DNA from: an uncultured Chloroflexia bacterium
GTDB lineage: Bacteria; Chloroflexota; Anaerolineae; CG2-30-64-16
NCBI GenBank assembly: GCA_963810095.1
Contig: CAWEMM010000006.1
Span: 1,419,353 to 1,483,352 of the forward strand
DNA length: 64,000 bases
Direction of reading: 5' to 3'
Position 1 is the stretch's first letter. Each line of letters begins with the position of its first letter. Below are positions 40,392-51,488 of this stretch, one piece after another. The notes beneath the pieces are model-generated. The model was not told the origin of the DNA, did no database searches, and worked only from the letters and a program-made list of their open reading frames with translations. Position numbers and translations under genes: made by a program.

Positions 40392-42888
40392 ATGCCGCCA
40401 TTGGTGAAAGCAACCGCCGCCACGCTAAGCGCCACCCTGACCGGCGTTGGTCGCGCCCGCCGGCCCACGCTGAAAGGCCATCTGCGACTCCCCGAGTTGA
40501 GCGGCCCGGTCGAGGTCTTTCGGGATGCGTGGGGGGTGCCCCATCTCTACGCCGGCAGCGCGGCGGATCTCTGTTTCGCGCAGGGCTTTGTCCATGCCCA
40601 GGACCGGCTTTGGCAGATGGATTTCCAGCGCCGCCTCGTCGCCGGCCGGCTGGCCGAGGTATTGGGGCCGGCGGTGGTGGGCGTGGACCGCAGCCTGCGG
40701 GTGCTCGGCATGTACCGGGTGGCAGAGGCGGAGGTAAGCCTCCTGAGCGCGGAGGCGCGGCGAGAGGCTGAGGCCTACGCCTCGGGCGTCAACGCGGCCA
40801 TCGAACGGCAGCCGCTGCCGGTCGAGTTCACCTTGCTGCGCTACCGGCCTTACCCTTGGCGAGCGGCGGACTCGCTGTGCTGGGCGAAGATGATGTCATG
40901 GGCGCTGTCGGTCAACTGGGAGAGCGAGCTGCTGCGCGCGAGGCTGATCGAAGTGCTGGGCGTAGAGCGGGCCGCGCAGCTCGAGCCGCTGCTGGCAAGC
41001 CCGATTGTAACGGGGGGCGAGCGGCGTCCCGCGCACCCCTACGGGCCGCTGCCGCCGCGGAATGCGGCGCAAGGACGTGAAGGGGCCGCTCAAGCCGACA
41101 GCGCACCAGAAATCCACATGCCTTCCACGCCGGGCACCCCCGGCAGCAATAACTGGGTCATTGCTGGCGCGCACACGGCCAGCGGCAAGCCCCTTCTGGC
41201 GAACGATATGCACCTGTTGGTCTCCGCGCCGGCCATCTGGTACGAGAACCACCTTGTCTGCACCGATCCCGGCAGCCCGGTCGACGTCACCGGCGTTTCA
41301 TTTCCCGGGATTCCTTTTGTGGTCGCCGGGCATAATGACCGCGTGGCCTGGGGCTTTACCAACGGCTTCCCCGACGTGCAGGACCTGTTTGTCGAGCACC
41401 TCCGCCGGACCGAGCGCGGGGTGGAGTACGAGCACCGGGGCCAATGGCTGCCCGCCGAGGTGCGGCGGGAGGAAATCCGGGTCAAGGGCGAGGCCGCGGT
41501 AACGGAAGAAGTCATCGTCACGGTCCACGGGCCGGTCATCAACCGGCTGGCGGTGGGACTGGCGATGCAGCCCGGCGCGGACGGTCTGCCTGAGCAGCCG
41601 CTCGCGTTGTGCTGGACCTCGCTGACGCCCCACCCAATGGTGGAGTCGCTGCGGGCCATGAACCGGGCGAGTTCGTGCGCCGAGTTCCGGGAAGCCTTGC
41701 GCGGCTGGGTCGCGCCGACCCAGAACGTGGTCTATGCGGACACGGACGGCAACATCGGCTACACCTTCGCCGGTCGAGTGCCGATCCGCCCGCGGGGCGA
41801 AGGCCGCGTGCCCGCGCCGGGCTGGACCGGCGAGTATGACTGGGCAGGCTGGATTCCTTTTGAGGAATTGCCGCACCAACAGAACCCGGCCGAGGGCTAC
41901 ATCGTGTCGGCCAACAACCAGCCGGTCGACGAGAGTTATCCGTACTTCATCGGGCGGGAGTTTGCCCTGGGCGACCGGGCCGGCCGGATTGCCGAGCTCA
42001 TCCGCTCGGGTTCCGCCATCAAGCCGAGCGACATCCGGATCATGCAGCTGGACCAGGAGGCGTCGTCGCTGAAGCGGCTCGCGAGTGTCTTGGGCGGGCT
42101 GGAGCCCTCCGAGCCGGAGCTGCGGGGCTTGGTGACCCTGGTCAGGGCATGGGACGGCCGGCTGACGGCGGAAACCCCTGCGGGCACGATCTGCGAGATC
42201 AGCGGCCCGCGAGGTGCAGATGCTGGTGATGAGGGCCGTGTTGGGCGAAGCCGGCGTTAGCGTGACGCCTGAGAACCCGATTCCCCTCGTCGAACGGGTG
42301 TTGGGTCGCGGGCCCACCCCTGGGATCCAGGACTTTAGCGCTTTCTATCACCGAGTTTGGGAGTGGCTGTACTCGGTGTTGGAGGAGCCGGCGTCGGAGT
42401 GGTGGGATCTGGGGGGCGGCGAGACGCGCGACGACGTGCTGCTGGTTGCGCTCCGGCGCACCTACGACTACCTCGCCGACCGACTGGGCCAGCCTGACCT
42501 GCCCGGCTACGCACAATGGGCGTGGGGCCGGCTTCATACCGTGACGTTCGGGCACGTTGCCGGGCAGGCCCCCACGGTGGCGCGCCATTTCAATCGCGGC
42601 CCGTACCCGGTCGGTGGAGATGAAAACACGGTGTTTGCGACCGGCGGCGGTGTGACCCCCGAAGCCAGCCGGGCCGTGGTCGCGCCGCCCTTCCGCTTCA
42701 TCGCGGACCTGTCCGACTTGTCGCGCTGCTACGGCTTGCTGGCCCCGGGCAACTCGGGGCGACCTGACAGCCCGCACTATGATGACCAGGTTGAGGCGTG
42801 GTTCAAGGGAAAGTATCATCCGATGCTGTACAAGCGGGAGGATGTGGAGCGGGGCGCCCGGCGCAAGCTCATTTTGGCGCCGGCATAG
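40392..42888 (+). CDS. penicillin amidase (S45 Ntn-hydrolase family); apparent frameshift near 42200
   Basis: Alpha-subunit motifs plus the SNNW nucleophile region in ORF 40392..42260. C-terminal region in ORF 42214..42888. Confidence 0.75.
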
Positions 42889-42900
42889 GGGGGCTTTCTT

Positions 42901-43290
42901 TTGTTGGGGGCCGCCGGCCCCATCCATTGGATATGTCTTCTGTTGGGGGCCGCCGGCCCCCAACGCCCCGGCCGAGGGGCTGCGCCCCCTCGACCCCCAA
43001 ACTTACTCGGGGAACAGTTCATTTGTGGAGCAACGGCTGGGGCCCACGGACCGCTGCGGGGCTGCCAGTTGCGGGCTTGCACGAGGCCGGCATTTTAGGA
43101 AATGCGCGAGCAATAGCCTCCTCGGGGACATGCAGACGCCGATCTCTTTGGCGATAACTACGCCAGGAGCGTAGCAATTGGGGGTCTCGGGGGCAACGCC
43201 CCCGAGGCGGGGTTGGCAGGGGCCGGCCGGCCCCTGCCAAAAGACCGGAACCTCGAAGCGGGGTGGACGGAGGCCGCCGGCCCCTGCCTA
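42901..43290 (+). repeat. composite GC-rich repeat element, copy C (module 1 duplicated at 42901-43001; module 2 at 43177-43290)
   Basis: Same modules as copy A, including the spacer motif CCGGCATTTT. Confidence 0.55.
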
Positions 43291-45054
43291 ACGCCGCGTC
43301 AAGCCCCACACGAATGCGGCGCCGGCCGCGACGAACAGCCCCGTCGTCAGCCCGGACGACCCACTCGACGTCTGGAACATCATTCCCGCCAGGAATAGCC
43401 CGCCCGCTAGCACGGCCCAGGTGAGCCGGTCGACCGAGCGTTCGAGACGGCGGATCGCCTTCGCCGCATCGGGCGCGAGGGCGGTCTGCTGCACCAACTC
43501 GCCGCGCTCGGCCGCGGTGAGGAACCGGTCGAGTCGCACGGGCAGCCGGAGCGCCAGCTGCATGATGCTGCCCAGCTCGTCTAGCACGCCCCGCCAATCG
43601 CGCGCTAGTTCCTGCGATGCGAGACGCTCGGCGAAGGGCAGCGTCGCAGCCCACGGGTCGAAGTGCGGGTCGAGCGTGGTCGCCATGCCCGACAAGATCG
43701 CGACGGCCCGGATCGCGAAGAGCACGTCGGTGGGGAACTGGAAGGGCAGGTCGTACACCAGGTCCCGGTACTCTCGTATGAGGAACGCGGCCTGCTGCAT
43801 GGCCACGCCGGTGAGTTGGCCCATGCGCACGCCGCCGAAGCGGGCGAACAGAACGTCGTGCAACTCCTCGATCCGCTGCCTGTCTGCCCCCGGCAGCAGC
43901 ACGCCCGCGTCGTAATAAGCCTGCACCAGCCGGCGGGCGTCGCGCGTGCCCACCGCGATCGCCACGTCACGCATCGCACCGCGCATGCTCTCCGGGATCA
44001 CCGCCACCATGCCGAAATCCACGAAGATCAGCCAGAACGGCCGCGGACTGCCGGGCGGTGCCGCGGGATCGCGCGGCAGGGGGTGTACGAACAGGTTGCC
44101 GGGATGCGGGTCGGCGTGGACGAAGCTGTGAACGAAGATTTGCTCGAGGTAGGTGTCGTACAGGCGGCGCGCGACTTCGGCCCCGCTGATCCCCGCAGCA
44201 TCCATGGCCGCCACGTCGTCGATCTTGATGCTGGCGACGTTCTCCAGCGTCAAGACGCGGCGGGTGGTGTATTCCCAGAAGACATCCGCAATGTAGATGC
44301 CGGGATCGCCGGCGAAGTCGTCGGCAAACCGGTCCGCGTTGCGGCCCTCTTCGATGAAATCGAGCTCGGCGCGTGTGGTGCGTGCGAACTCGTCGTAGAG
44401 CCGGTCGAGGTCCGCATGCCGGTTGATGGGGGGGTAGAGCTTTAGCCAGTTGGTCGCCAGGCGCAGTGCGGCGAGGTCGGTTTCGACGAGGAGCTCGATG
44501 CGCTTCCGCTGCACCTTCACCACCACTTCCTCGCCGTCCAAGAGCCGCGCCAGGTGCACTTGTGCCAGCGACGCGGCGGCCTGTGGGGTGGGCGAGAGCC
44601 AGGCATAGACCTCTTCGACCGGCCGCTTGAACTCGCCTTCGATCACGGCGCGGACGTCTTCGAGCGTTTCGGCGGGCACCTCGTCCTGCAGACCGCGCAG
44701 CTCAGACGTGACTTCCGGCGGCAGCATGTCGACGCGAATGCTGAGGAACTGCCCCAGCTTGATCAGAACGCCGCCATAGCGAACCGCCAGGGCCCGATAC
44801 CGCTGTGCATGAGCACGCCAGCGCGCGAGGTTGGTTGCCCGCACGTAGGAGCGGAAGCCGGGCAGGTGGCCCAGCACGAGGTTCCAGCCGATGAAGGAGA
44901 GAAAGACACGCGGCGAAGTAGAACGCGACGCGCAAGTAACGCACGCGGTCGAGCGGCGCGCCGGCCGAAGCTGCCGGCTGTACGAAGTTGGAGAGTTCGC
45001 CCAGCGCAACCTGGCTGGCAGGCGCCGTTCTGGGGCGACGGAAGCGGCGCCCAA
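43288..45054 (-). CDS. ABC1/UbiB-family atypical protein kinase; N-terminal region possibly frameshifted
   Basis: 588-aa ORF with ABC1 kinase motifs (VVKVQRK, HADPHPGN, DFG). The first roughly 50 aa are low quality and ORF 44702..45061 may carry the true N-terminus. Confidence 0.7.
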   Translation of the reverse strand: MGAASVAPERRLPARLRWANSPTSYSRQLRPARRSTACVTCASRSTSPRVFLSFIGWNLVLGHLPGFRSYVRATNLARWRAHAQRYRALAVRYGGVLIKLGQFLSIRVDMLPPEVTSELRGLQDEVPAETLEDVRAVIEGEFKRPVEEVYAWLSPTPQAAASLAQVHLARLLDGEEVVVKVQRKRIELLVETDLAALRLATNWLKLYPPINRHADLDRLYDEFARTTRAELDFIEEGRNADRFADDFAGDPGIYIADVFWEYTTRRVLTLENVASIKIDDVAAMDAAGISGAEVARRLYDTYLEQIFVHSFVHADPHPGNLFVHPLPRDPAAPPGSPRPFWLIFVDFGMVAVIPESMRGAMRDVAIAVGTRDARRLVQAYYDAGVLLPGADRQRIEELHDVLFARFGGVRMGQLTGVAMQQAAFLIREYRDLVYDLPFQFPTDVLFAIRAVAILSGMATTLDPHFDPWAATLPFAERLASQELARDWRGVLDELGSIMQLALRLPVRLDRFLTAAERGELVQQTALAPDAAKAIRRLERSVDRLTWAVLAGGLFLAGMMFQTSSGSSGLTTGLFVAAGAAFVWGLTRR

Positions 45055-45147
45055 TACTCATGCGTCAATTGTACCGCGGTTCATAAGCATGTCAATACGT
45101 GCGGCGTCTCTCCCCCAACTCCCGGGCTGAGGTTGACCCGGCGCGAC

Positions 45148-45927
45148 ATGCCCTTTATAATCATTGCGATACAACTATACGCGTTATCCCTGGCGCTCGT
45201 CCTCGGTGCGGCGAGTCACACCACATTGTTGGCAATGATCGAAACGTTCAAGCTGCTATTTTCGAACAATGCAGGCATCCTGGAGATTGTGGCGCTCTCG
45301 CTGAAAGTGTCGGGCATCGCGCTGCTCTTCAGCACGCTAATCGGGATCCCGCTCGGCGCGGCCCTGGGGCTGGGCCGGTTCTTCGGCCGGCGGTTGATGG
45401 TGGCCTTCATGTACACGGGCATGGGGTTTCCACCCGTGGTCGTGGGCCTGTTCGTCTACCTGCTGCTGTCGCGCAGCGGCCCGCTGGGCGGCCTAAACTC
45501 GCCGTACCTGCCGAGCCTCTTCACGCCGGGCGCCATGATCCTCGCGCAGTCGATCATCGCGTTTCCCCTGGTCGCCGGCTTCACGATGGCTGCGGTGATG
45601 GGGGTCGACAAGGCGCTGCGCCAGCAGGTGCGCTCGCTGGGCGCCACGAACTGGCAGACGACGCTGACCGTGCTGCAGGAAGCGCGGATCGGCGTCATCG
45701 TCGCCGTCATCGCGGGTTTCGGCGGGATCATATCAGAGGTGGGCGCGGTGATGCTGGTGGGAGGAAATATCGAGGGCCGGACGCGGGTGATGACGACGGC
45801 CATCGTGCTGGAGACGCGGCAGGGGAACTTCGAGATGGCGCTGGCGCTCGGCGCAATTCTCCTGGCGATCACGTTTGTGGTCAATGTAGTCATGCTGCGC
45901 TTGCAGGGGAAGGCCTTCACGGAATGA
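45148..45927 (+). CDS. ABC transporter permease, TupB/CysTW-like (tungstate/molybdate/sulfate type)
   Basis: About 260-aa six-TM permease within ORF 44554..45927. Confidence 0.75.
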   Translation: MPFIIIAIQLYALSLALVLGAASHTTLLAMIETFKLLFSNNAGILEIVALSLKVSGIALLFSTLIGIPLGAALGLGRFFGRRLMVAFMYTGMGFPPVVVGLFVYLLLSRSGPLGGLNSPYLPSLFTPGAMILAQSIIAFPLVAGFTMAAVMGVDKALRQQVRSLGATNWQTTLTVLQEARIGVIVAVIAGFGGIISEVGAVMLVGGNIEGRTRVMTTAIVLETRQGNFEMALALGAILLAITFVVNVVMLRLQGKAFTE

Positions 45928-46664
45928 ACCATGATCTTCGTGCCGCTTATGCCATTGAAGACCTGACGAAGGTTTACCAGAACCGGCAGGTGTTGGGCAT
46001 CGAGCAGTTGGATATTCGCCCCGGCGAGATCCTGGCTGTGGTTGGGCCGAGCGGGTCGGGCAAGAGCACGCTGCTGCGCCTGCTCAATTTCCTCGAATCG
46101 CCCACCGGAGGCCGCATCACGTACCGGGGCGCGCAATTCGATCCCCAGCACGACGTCGCGCTTGACGTGCGCCGTACGGTGACCACGGTCAGCCAACGCC
46201 CCGTGCTGCTGAATCGCTCAGTGCGGGCCAACGTCGAGTATGGACTGCGGCTGCGGGGCCAGCGTGATCGGGGTGGTGAAGTGCGGGCCGCGCTGGAAAA
46301 TGTAGGCCTGGCCGAGCTTGAGCGGCAGGACGCGCGGACGCTCTCGGGGGGTGAGGCGCAGCGGGTGGCGCTGGCCCGCGCGATGGTGATCCGGCCCGAC
46401 GTGCTCCTGCTCGACGAGCCGACCGCGAACCTGGACCCCTATAACGTGGCCGTGATTGAGGATGCTGTGCGGCGGCTCAACGCGGAGCGGGGGACGACCG
46501 TGGTCCTGGTGACCCACAATGTTTTCCAGGCGCACCGCCTTGCGCACCGGGTGGTATTCATCCTCGAAGGCAAGGTGGTGGAGGTGGCCGACACCCAGAC
46601 GTTCTTCGAGCGCCCGGCCGATCCCCGGACGGGCGCATTCGTGCGGGGGGAGATGATTTGCTGA
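45924..46664 (+). CDS. ABC transporter ATP-binding protein, TupC-like
   Basis: Walker A GPSGSGKST, signature LSGGEAQRV, Walker B. ATGA overlap with the permease. Confidence 0.85.
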   Translation: MNHDLRAAYAIEDLTKVYQNRQVLGIEQLDIRPGEILAVVGPSGSGKSTLLRLLNFLESPTGGRITYRGAQFDPQHDVALDVRRTVTTVSQRPVLLNRSVRANVEYGLRLRGQRDRGGEVRAALENVGLAELERQDARTLSGGEAQRVALARAMVIRPDVLLLDEPTANLDPYNVAVIEDAVRRLNAERGTTVVLVTHNVFQAHRLAHRVVFILEGKVVEVADTQTFFERPADPRTGAFVRGEMIC

Positions 46665-46670
46665 GCGTCT

Positions 46671-46780
46671 GAAATGGGACACTGATGCAACCGGATCTGA
46701 GACCGATCTATCGTTGCTGCGCTGCCTGCGGGAAAAGATCGTGACAATCAGTCCGATCGGTTCGATCAGTGTCCTATTTC
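46671..46780. repeat. roughly 110-bp element bounded by near-perfect 26-nt inverted repeats (GAAATGGGACACTGATGCAACCGGATC / GATCGGTTCGATCAGTGTCCTATTTC)
   Basis: Read directly in the convergent intergenic region. Confidence 0.4.
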
Positions 46781-46812
46781 ATCAGCGTTGACCAGCCCTG
46801 CGGGGTGAATGT

Positions 46813-47814
46813 CTATTTGCGCTTCCCGGGGTCTGCCTGTTTTTGTCCGCCGGGCAGCCTGAGCCTCCCGAAGAACATCTCGCGCAGGGACGAGCCCGCA
46901 CTGGGCACCTCGGTCATCTGGTTGGGCGCCGCGTCCCAATTGCCCGTATAAGTGGCATTAAGCCACCGGTAGCCCTCGGCCAGCCCCCGGTCGATCCGAG
47001 CGACCAGTTCATCGGTCTCGCCCGCGGCCAGTTGATCGCGGTACGACGTCAATTCGGCCACCAGCGCGTCCAGCCAATGAATCACATTGTCCCGGTTTGC
47101 CAGTGGCGCCGCGACCGCCTCCTTGCCCGAACGGGCGACCATCAGGGTGCTGGCGAAGAACTGGTTTGCGGCCAGCTTGCGCATGTCCTGCCACCCTGCG
47201 CTGTCCGACGTGGCCGACATCAGTGCGGCGGCCATCAGCGAAGGTAGCTGCTCGACCCCTGCGACGAGCCCGTCATGCTCCTCGGCGTTCAGGAAGAAAG
47301 GTTTTGCACCCATGGCCTCGGCGAGGTCGGCGGCGAGTTGGACCGCGGTCCCGTCGGTGTTAGGGCCCGGGGTCAGGCAGAACAACTTGCCCTCGAAGAG
47401 ATTCGCCCGCGCGCCTTCGGTCTCCAGGGAGTCGGACAACACGACGGGGTGGCCGCCGACGAAATGGACTTCTGGCGGCAGCAGCTCGGCGGCCCACGCC
47501 ATCACCGGTTCCTTCACATCCGCCGTGTCCACGATCACGCAACCGGGGCGCAACTCGCCCTTGATCGCGTCGAGCGTGGACCGGATTTCGCTGACGGGCA
47601 GCGCAAGGATGACGCGGTCCGCGGGCGCCACGGCGTTGATGAGGTTCCACTCCGTGCGGTCGACCGCGCCGGCCCGCTTCGCCTTACTCGAAATCTCGGG
47701 GCTGGGATCGTGGCCGACCACGGTCACCTTTTCGGCGTATTTATGGAGGGCCAGGCCGGCCGATGTTCCGATGATGCCAAGGCCAACGATGGCCACATGC
47801 AGCTTGTCGGGCAT
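46813..47814 (-). CDS. tyrA: prephenate/arogenate dehydrogenase
   Basis: Rossmann motif VAIVGLGIIG, then the dehydrogenase core. Confidence 0.8.
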   Translation of the reverse strand: MPDKLHVAIVGLGIIGTSAGLALHKYAEKVTVVGHDPSPEISSKAKRAGAVDRTEWNLINAVAPADRVILALPVSEIRSTLDAIKGELRPGCVIVDTADVKEPVMAWAAELLPPEVHFVGGHPVVLSDSLETEGARANLFEGKLFCLTPGPNTDGTAVQLAADLAEAMGAKPFFLNAEEHDGLVAGVEQLPSLMAAALMSATSDSAGWQDMRKLAANQFFASTLMVARSGKEAVAAPLANRDNVIHWLDALVAELTSYRDQLAAGETDELVARIDRGLAEGYRWLNATYTGNWDAAPNQMTEVPSAGSSLREMFFGRLRLPGGQKQADPGKRK

Positions 47815-47884
47815 AGGGGGTCTCTTTCTTGTTGTTGGGCCGGCAGACGAACGCGCCGGACGGCGCTCGTGGCTCCGCGCTAGA

Positions 47885-48307
47885 TCAGTTGTCGTCGTCG
47901 GCACGCTGCAGCGCAAGCAGCAGCGCGTCTTCGCGCGACGGCGCCGAACCGGCGGGCACGGCGTCCTGGTGCCGGCGCATGAGGCTGACGGCCAGCGGCG
48001 CGCAGCCGGCATCGGATGCGAGACGGGCACTCGTCGCCGGATGATTGGCGTGGGCCCAGAGCGGATAGCGCATGCTGCGCCGGCGCGGCTCGGGCGACGT
48101 CTTCAGCCGCTGCCACGCCCCCGGTGCGAACGCCTTGATCAGGACCACCGCAACCCGGTGAAACAAGGTGACGCCGCCCAGATGCTTGGCCACGTCGTGC
48201 AGCAGCGCGGCCTGGGCGAGGGCCGGGTCGTCAAAGCCGCCCGCCCGCAGCGCAGCCCATACTTTCAGCGCGTGCACCTGGTCAGAGCGGGGCATCCCTC
48301 TGAACAA
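47885..48307 (-). CDS. small HD-domain protein (possibly N-terminally truncated)
   Basis: H...V then LLHDVAK motif. 140 aa. Confidence 0.4.
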   Translation of the reverse strand: MFRGMPRSDQVHALKVWAALRAGGFDDPALAQAALLHDVAKHLGGVTLFHRVAVVLIKAFAPGAWQRLKTSPEPRRRSMRYPLWAHANHPATSARLASDAGCAPLAVSLMRRHQDAVPAGSAPSREDALLLALQRADDDN

Positions 48308-48439
48308 CCGCCAACCTGCCTCGGGCAGCGCCCGCCGGGCACGTGCGAGGTCCTGTTCGTCGGGTCCGCGCCTGCCGCGCCCCCAGTGCCTGCCCGAACT
48401 GGCGCACCCGGTAGGCTACACGCCCGCCAAACCCGGCCA

Positions 48440-49075
48440 TCAAATGCCGAGCAGCAGATCGGAAACCTTCGCCGCGCCGACGCTCAGAAAGCCGCCGATG
48501 CTCAATTGGGGCAGCACGAGCGGCACCAGGAAGATCGCCATGAGGATCATCGGGCCGTAGGCCTGCAAGGGAAGCAGCACCGACGAGATACGCTCGCCGA
48601 CAAGCCCGTTCAGCACGGCGAAGCCATCGAGCGGCGGAAGCGGGATCAGGTTGAACAGGAATAGCGTGGCATTGATCAGGATGAACATGTAGACGAAGTC
48701 GAGCACGTTTTGCGACGCGCCCTGCAGCAGGCCCAGGCGATACGCGAGCGCCATCAGGGTTGCCATCAACAGGTTGCTGACCGGACCGGCGGCCGAGACG
48801 AGCGCGTGGCCGACGCGCGGCCCGTACCGCAAGTGATAAGGATTCACCGGCACCGGTTTCGCCCAGCCGAAATGTGCGACCAGCAGGAGGATCGATCCGA
48901 GCGGGTCGAGATGCTTGAGCGGGTTAAGCGTCAGGCGACCCTGCTGCTTGGCCGTGTTGTCTCCCAGCCGGTAGGCCACGAAGGCATGCGCGAGCTCATG
49001 AATAGGGAACCCGACCAGCAGGATCACGAGCAGTGCCGCGAGGGTCGGGAGATCGAGTCCTAAGACGTTTGACAA
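48440..49075 (-). CDS. site-2 protease family (M50) zinc metalloprotease
   Basis: HELAHA motif within a TM helix. 211-aa multi-TM protein. Confidence 0.75.
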   Translation of the reverse strand: MSNVLGLDLPTLAALLVILLVGFPIHELAHAFVAYRLGDNTAKQQGRLTLNPLKHLDPLGSILLLVAHFGWAKPVPVNPYHLRYGPRVGHALVSAAGPVSNLLMATLMALAYRLGLLQGASQNVLDFVYMFILINATLFLFNLIPLPPLDGFAVLNGLVGERISSVLLPLQAYGPMILMAIFLVPLVLPQLSIGGFLSVGAAKVSDLLLGI

Positions 49076-49170
49076 GGGGTGCTCCGTTCACGTACTTCGG
49101 GCGGATTATAGCATACGGTCCGACGCCCACCAAGGCATCTTCATTCCGTTTCGCGTGTGTGTTATGATGA

Positions 49171-51416
49171 TTGCTCCCTATGGCACGCAGCATCGTCGAT
49201 CTAAGCACCCTTCCATGGCGTTTCGGCCAGGTCGCCCGCCAGGGCTTTTCGCACGCGGCCGAGCGACGACCGGCGCGCGGTCGCCAACTGGGAACCCGCG
49301 TCAGTCCCCGGCGACGTGCGAGCGGATCTGCTGGCGACGGGATATCTGCGCGGCCTGGATACACCGGAGGATCTTCCGCGGTCAGGCTGGGTGGACAGCG
49401 TCGACTGGTGGTATCGGGTCGATATCGATCCGGTCGAACCGGGAACCACGGTGGTTCTCGAAGCCGACGGGATCGACTACCTCAGCAGCGTGTGGCTGGA
49501 TGGAGAGTTTCTGGCCGCGCACCAGGGCATGTTTGCGCGGCAGGCACTCGTGCTCCCGCCGCCGCATGGAGGCGCCCGGGAAGCACGAGCTGGCGGTGCG
49601 GATTTGGGGCGCGGGTGCGCTGCCGCGCCTCCCCAACCCTCCGCTGCGCCGGGGCCTGCGCCGGCTGATCTGCGGCCTGGGTGTCGTCGACGAATACTTC
49701 CCCGATCGCCTCGCCACCCCCAAAGCGCAATACAGCTTCGGGTGGGACTTCGCGCCGCGCGTGCTGAGCACGGGCATCTGGGACGGCATCCGCCTGGTCC
49801 ACTGCCGGGGCGCCTATCTTTCCGACGTGCAGGTGCTTGCCGAGCCGCTGAGCGAGGGCGACCCGACCCCTGTCCGCTGGACCGTGCGGCTTACGACCCG
49901 GCGATTCGAGGAGCAGCGGCTCACTGCGCGGGTCGAGCTGCGCACGCTCGAAGGTGAACGGATCCCGCTGGCGCGCGATACCTTCGCGTTGGGCGAGGGC
50001 AATGCGGCGGACCTGGTCTTTGATTCGCCGCGACTGGCCCGCTGGTGGCCGTGGGACCAGGGTGAGCCGGCCCTCTACCGCCTTTCAGTTCGACTGTTCG
50101 ACGAGCGCGGGCCGGCCGACGAGGCGGAGACGGTGGTCGGGCGTGCGCACGGTGGGCCGCGAGCGCTTCAAGAACGGGCAGCCCTGGCGTTTCACGGTCA
50201 ACGGCCGCTCGGTCTTCCTGCGCGGGGCGAACTGGGTGCCCGCCGACATCCTGCCCGGCCGGGTGGCCGAGAATGACTATGCCGGCCTGATCGGGCAGGC
50301 GCGGGCCGGGGGGGTCAACTTCCTGCGGGTGTGGGGCGGCGGCATCCGCGAGAAGCCCGCGTTCTGGGAGCTGTGCAACCGGCAGGGCATCCTGGTCATG
50401 CAGGAGTTCCCCCTCGCTTGCACGTTCCTCGATCACTACCCGCGCGATCCGGGCTACCTCTCCGTGCTCGAGTCTGAGGCGCAAGGCATCGTCCGCGGCT
50501 TGCGCAACCACCCAAGTCTGATCGCCTGGTGCGGGGGCAACGAGATCAGCCCGCAACGTGAGCGGCTTCCTCTGCGTACTATTGAGCGGGTGCTGGCGCG
50601 CGAAGACCCCGGCCGGCCCTGGATTCCGGCTTCTCCGTCGACAGGGCGACATCCACAACTGGGACGTGTGGCATGGCGGCGCGCCCTGGCAGTCGTTGGC
50701 GCGGGTTCGCGCCCCGTTCATGAGCGAGTTCGGCGTGCAGGCGCTGCCCCATGCCGACACCATCGCCGAGATGTTTCCGTCGGGCCCGCCCACGCGGCTG
50801 GACGATGCCGGGTGGGCCGCGCGCAAGCTGCAGGCCGACAAGCTGCGTCACTACTGTGGGCCCTTGCCCGAAGAGGACCTGGTAGCCACGATTGAGGCTA
50901 CTCAGAGGACGCAGGCCGCGGCTCTGCAGGCGGGGATCGAGGCGTGCCGGCTCCGCCGCGAGGGCTCGGGCAGCCCGCGCCCATGCGGCGGGCGTGGCCT
51001 TCTGGCAGTTCAATGAGCCGTGGCCCGCGGTCTCCTGGTCCCTGGTCGACCGGCGCGGCCGGCCAAAGGCGGCCTACAGTATGCTCATGCGCAGCTACCA
51101 ACCCCTGCTCGTGGCGGCCGTGTTCGAGCGGCGGGCATGGCGGGCGGGCGACCGGTTCGACGCCGAGATCTGGGTGGTGAACGACGGGGCGGAAGAAGCA
51201 GCAGAGGGCGAAGTCGAGGCGCTGTTGGACGGGCGCAGCGTCTGCCCACGCAGCCGCGTCGCGGCGCCTCCCGCGTCTGCCCGGCAGGTTGGGGCATTCG
51301 GCGTGCAGTTGGCGGGGCCCCCGGCCACCCTCGCGTTGGCGTGGCGGGCAGGCGGTGCGGTTCTTGCCGCCAACGAGTATGACCTGCAGGTCTACTTGCC
51401 GCCGCCGCAGCCCTGA
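49171..51416 (+). pseudogene. beta-mannosidase-like GH2 glycoside hydrolase, broken into at least 4 frames
   Basis: GH2 segments (RGANWVP, NEISPQRE, FWQFNEPWPAVSWSLVD) spread over ORFs 49316..49957, 49954..50895 and 50892..51416. Confidence 0.6.
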
Positions 51417-51488
51417 TGGGTTGGCTGATGCGCCGCGCCGGCGAACTGCTGCTGCAAATTGGTTGACACATCGGGGTCGTTTCGGATA

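Noticed and set aside
45054-45148. Possible Moco/tungsten riboswitch upstream of the TupB-like permease.
   Set aside because: The intergenic region is only about 90 nt and shows none of the conserved Moco-riboswitch helices.
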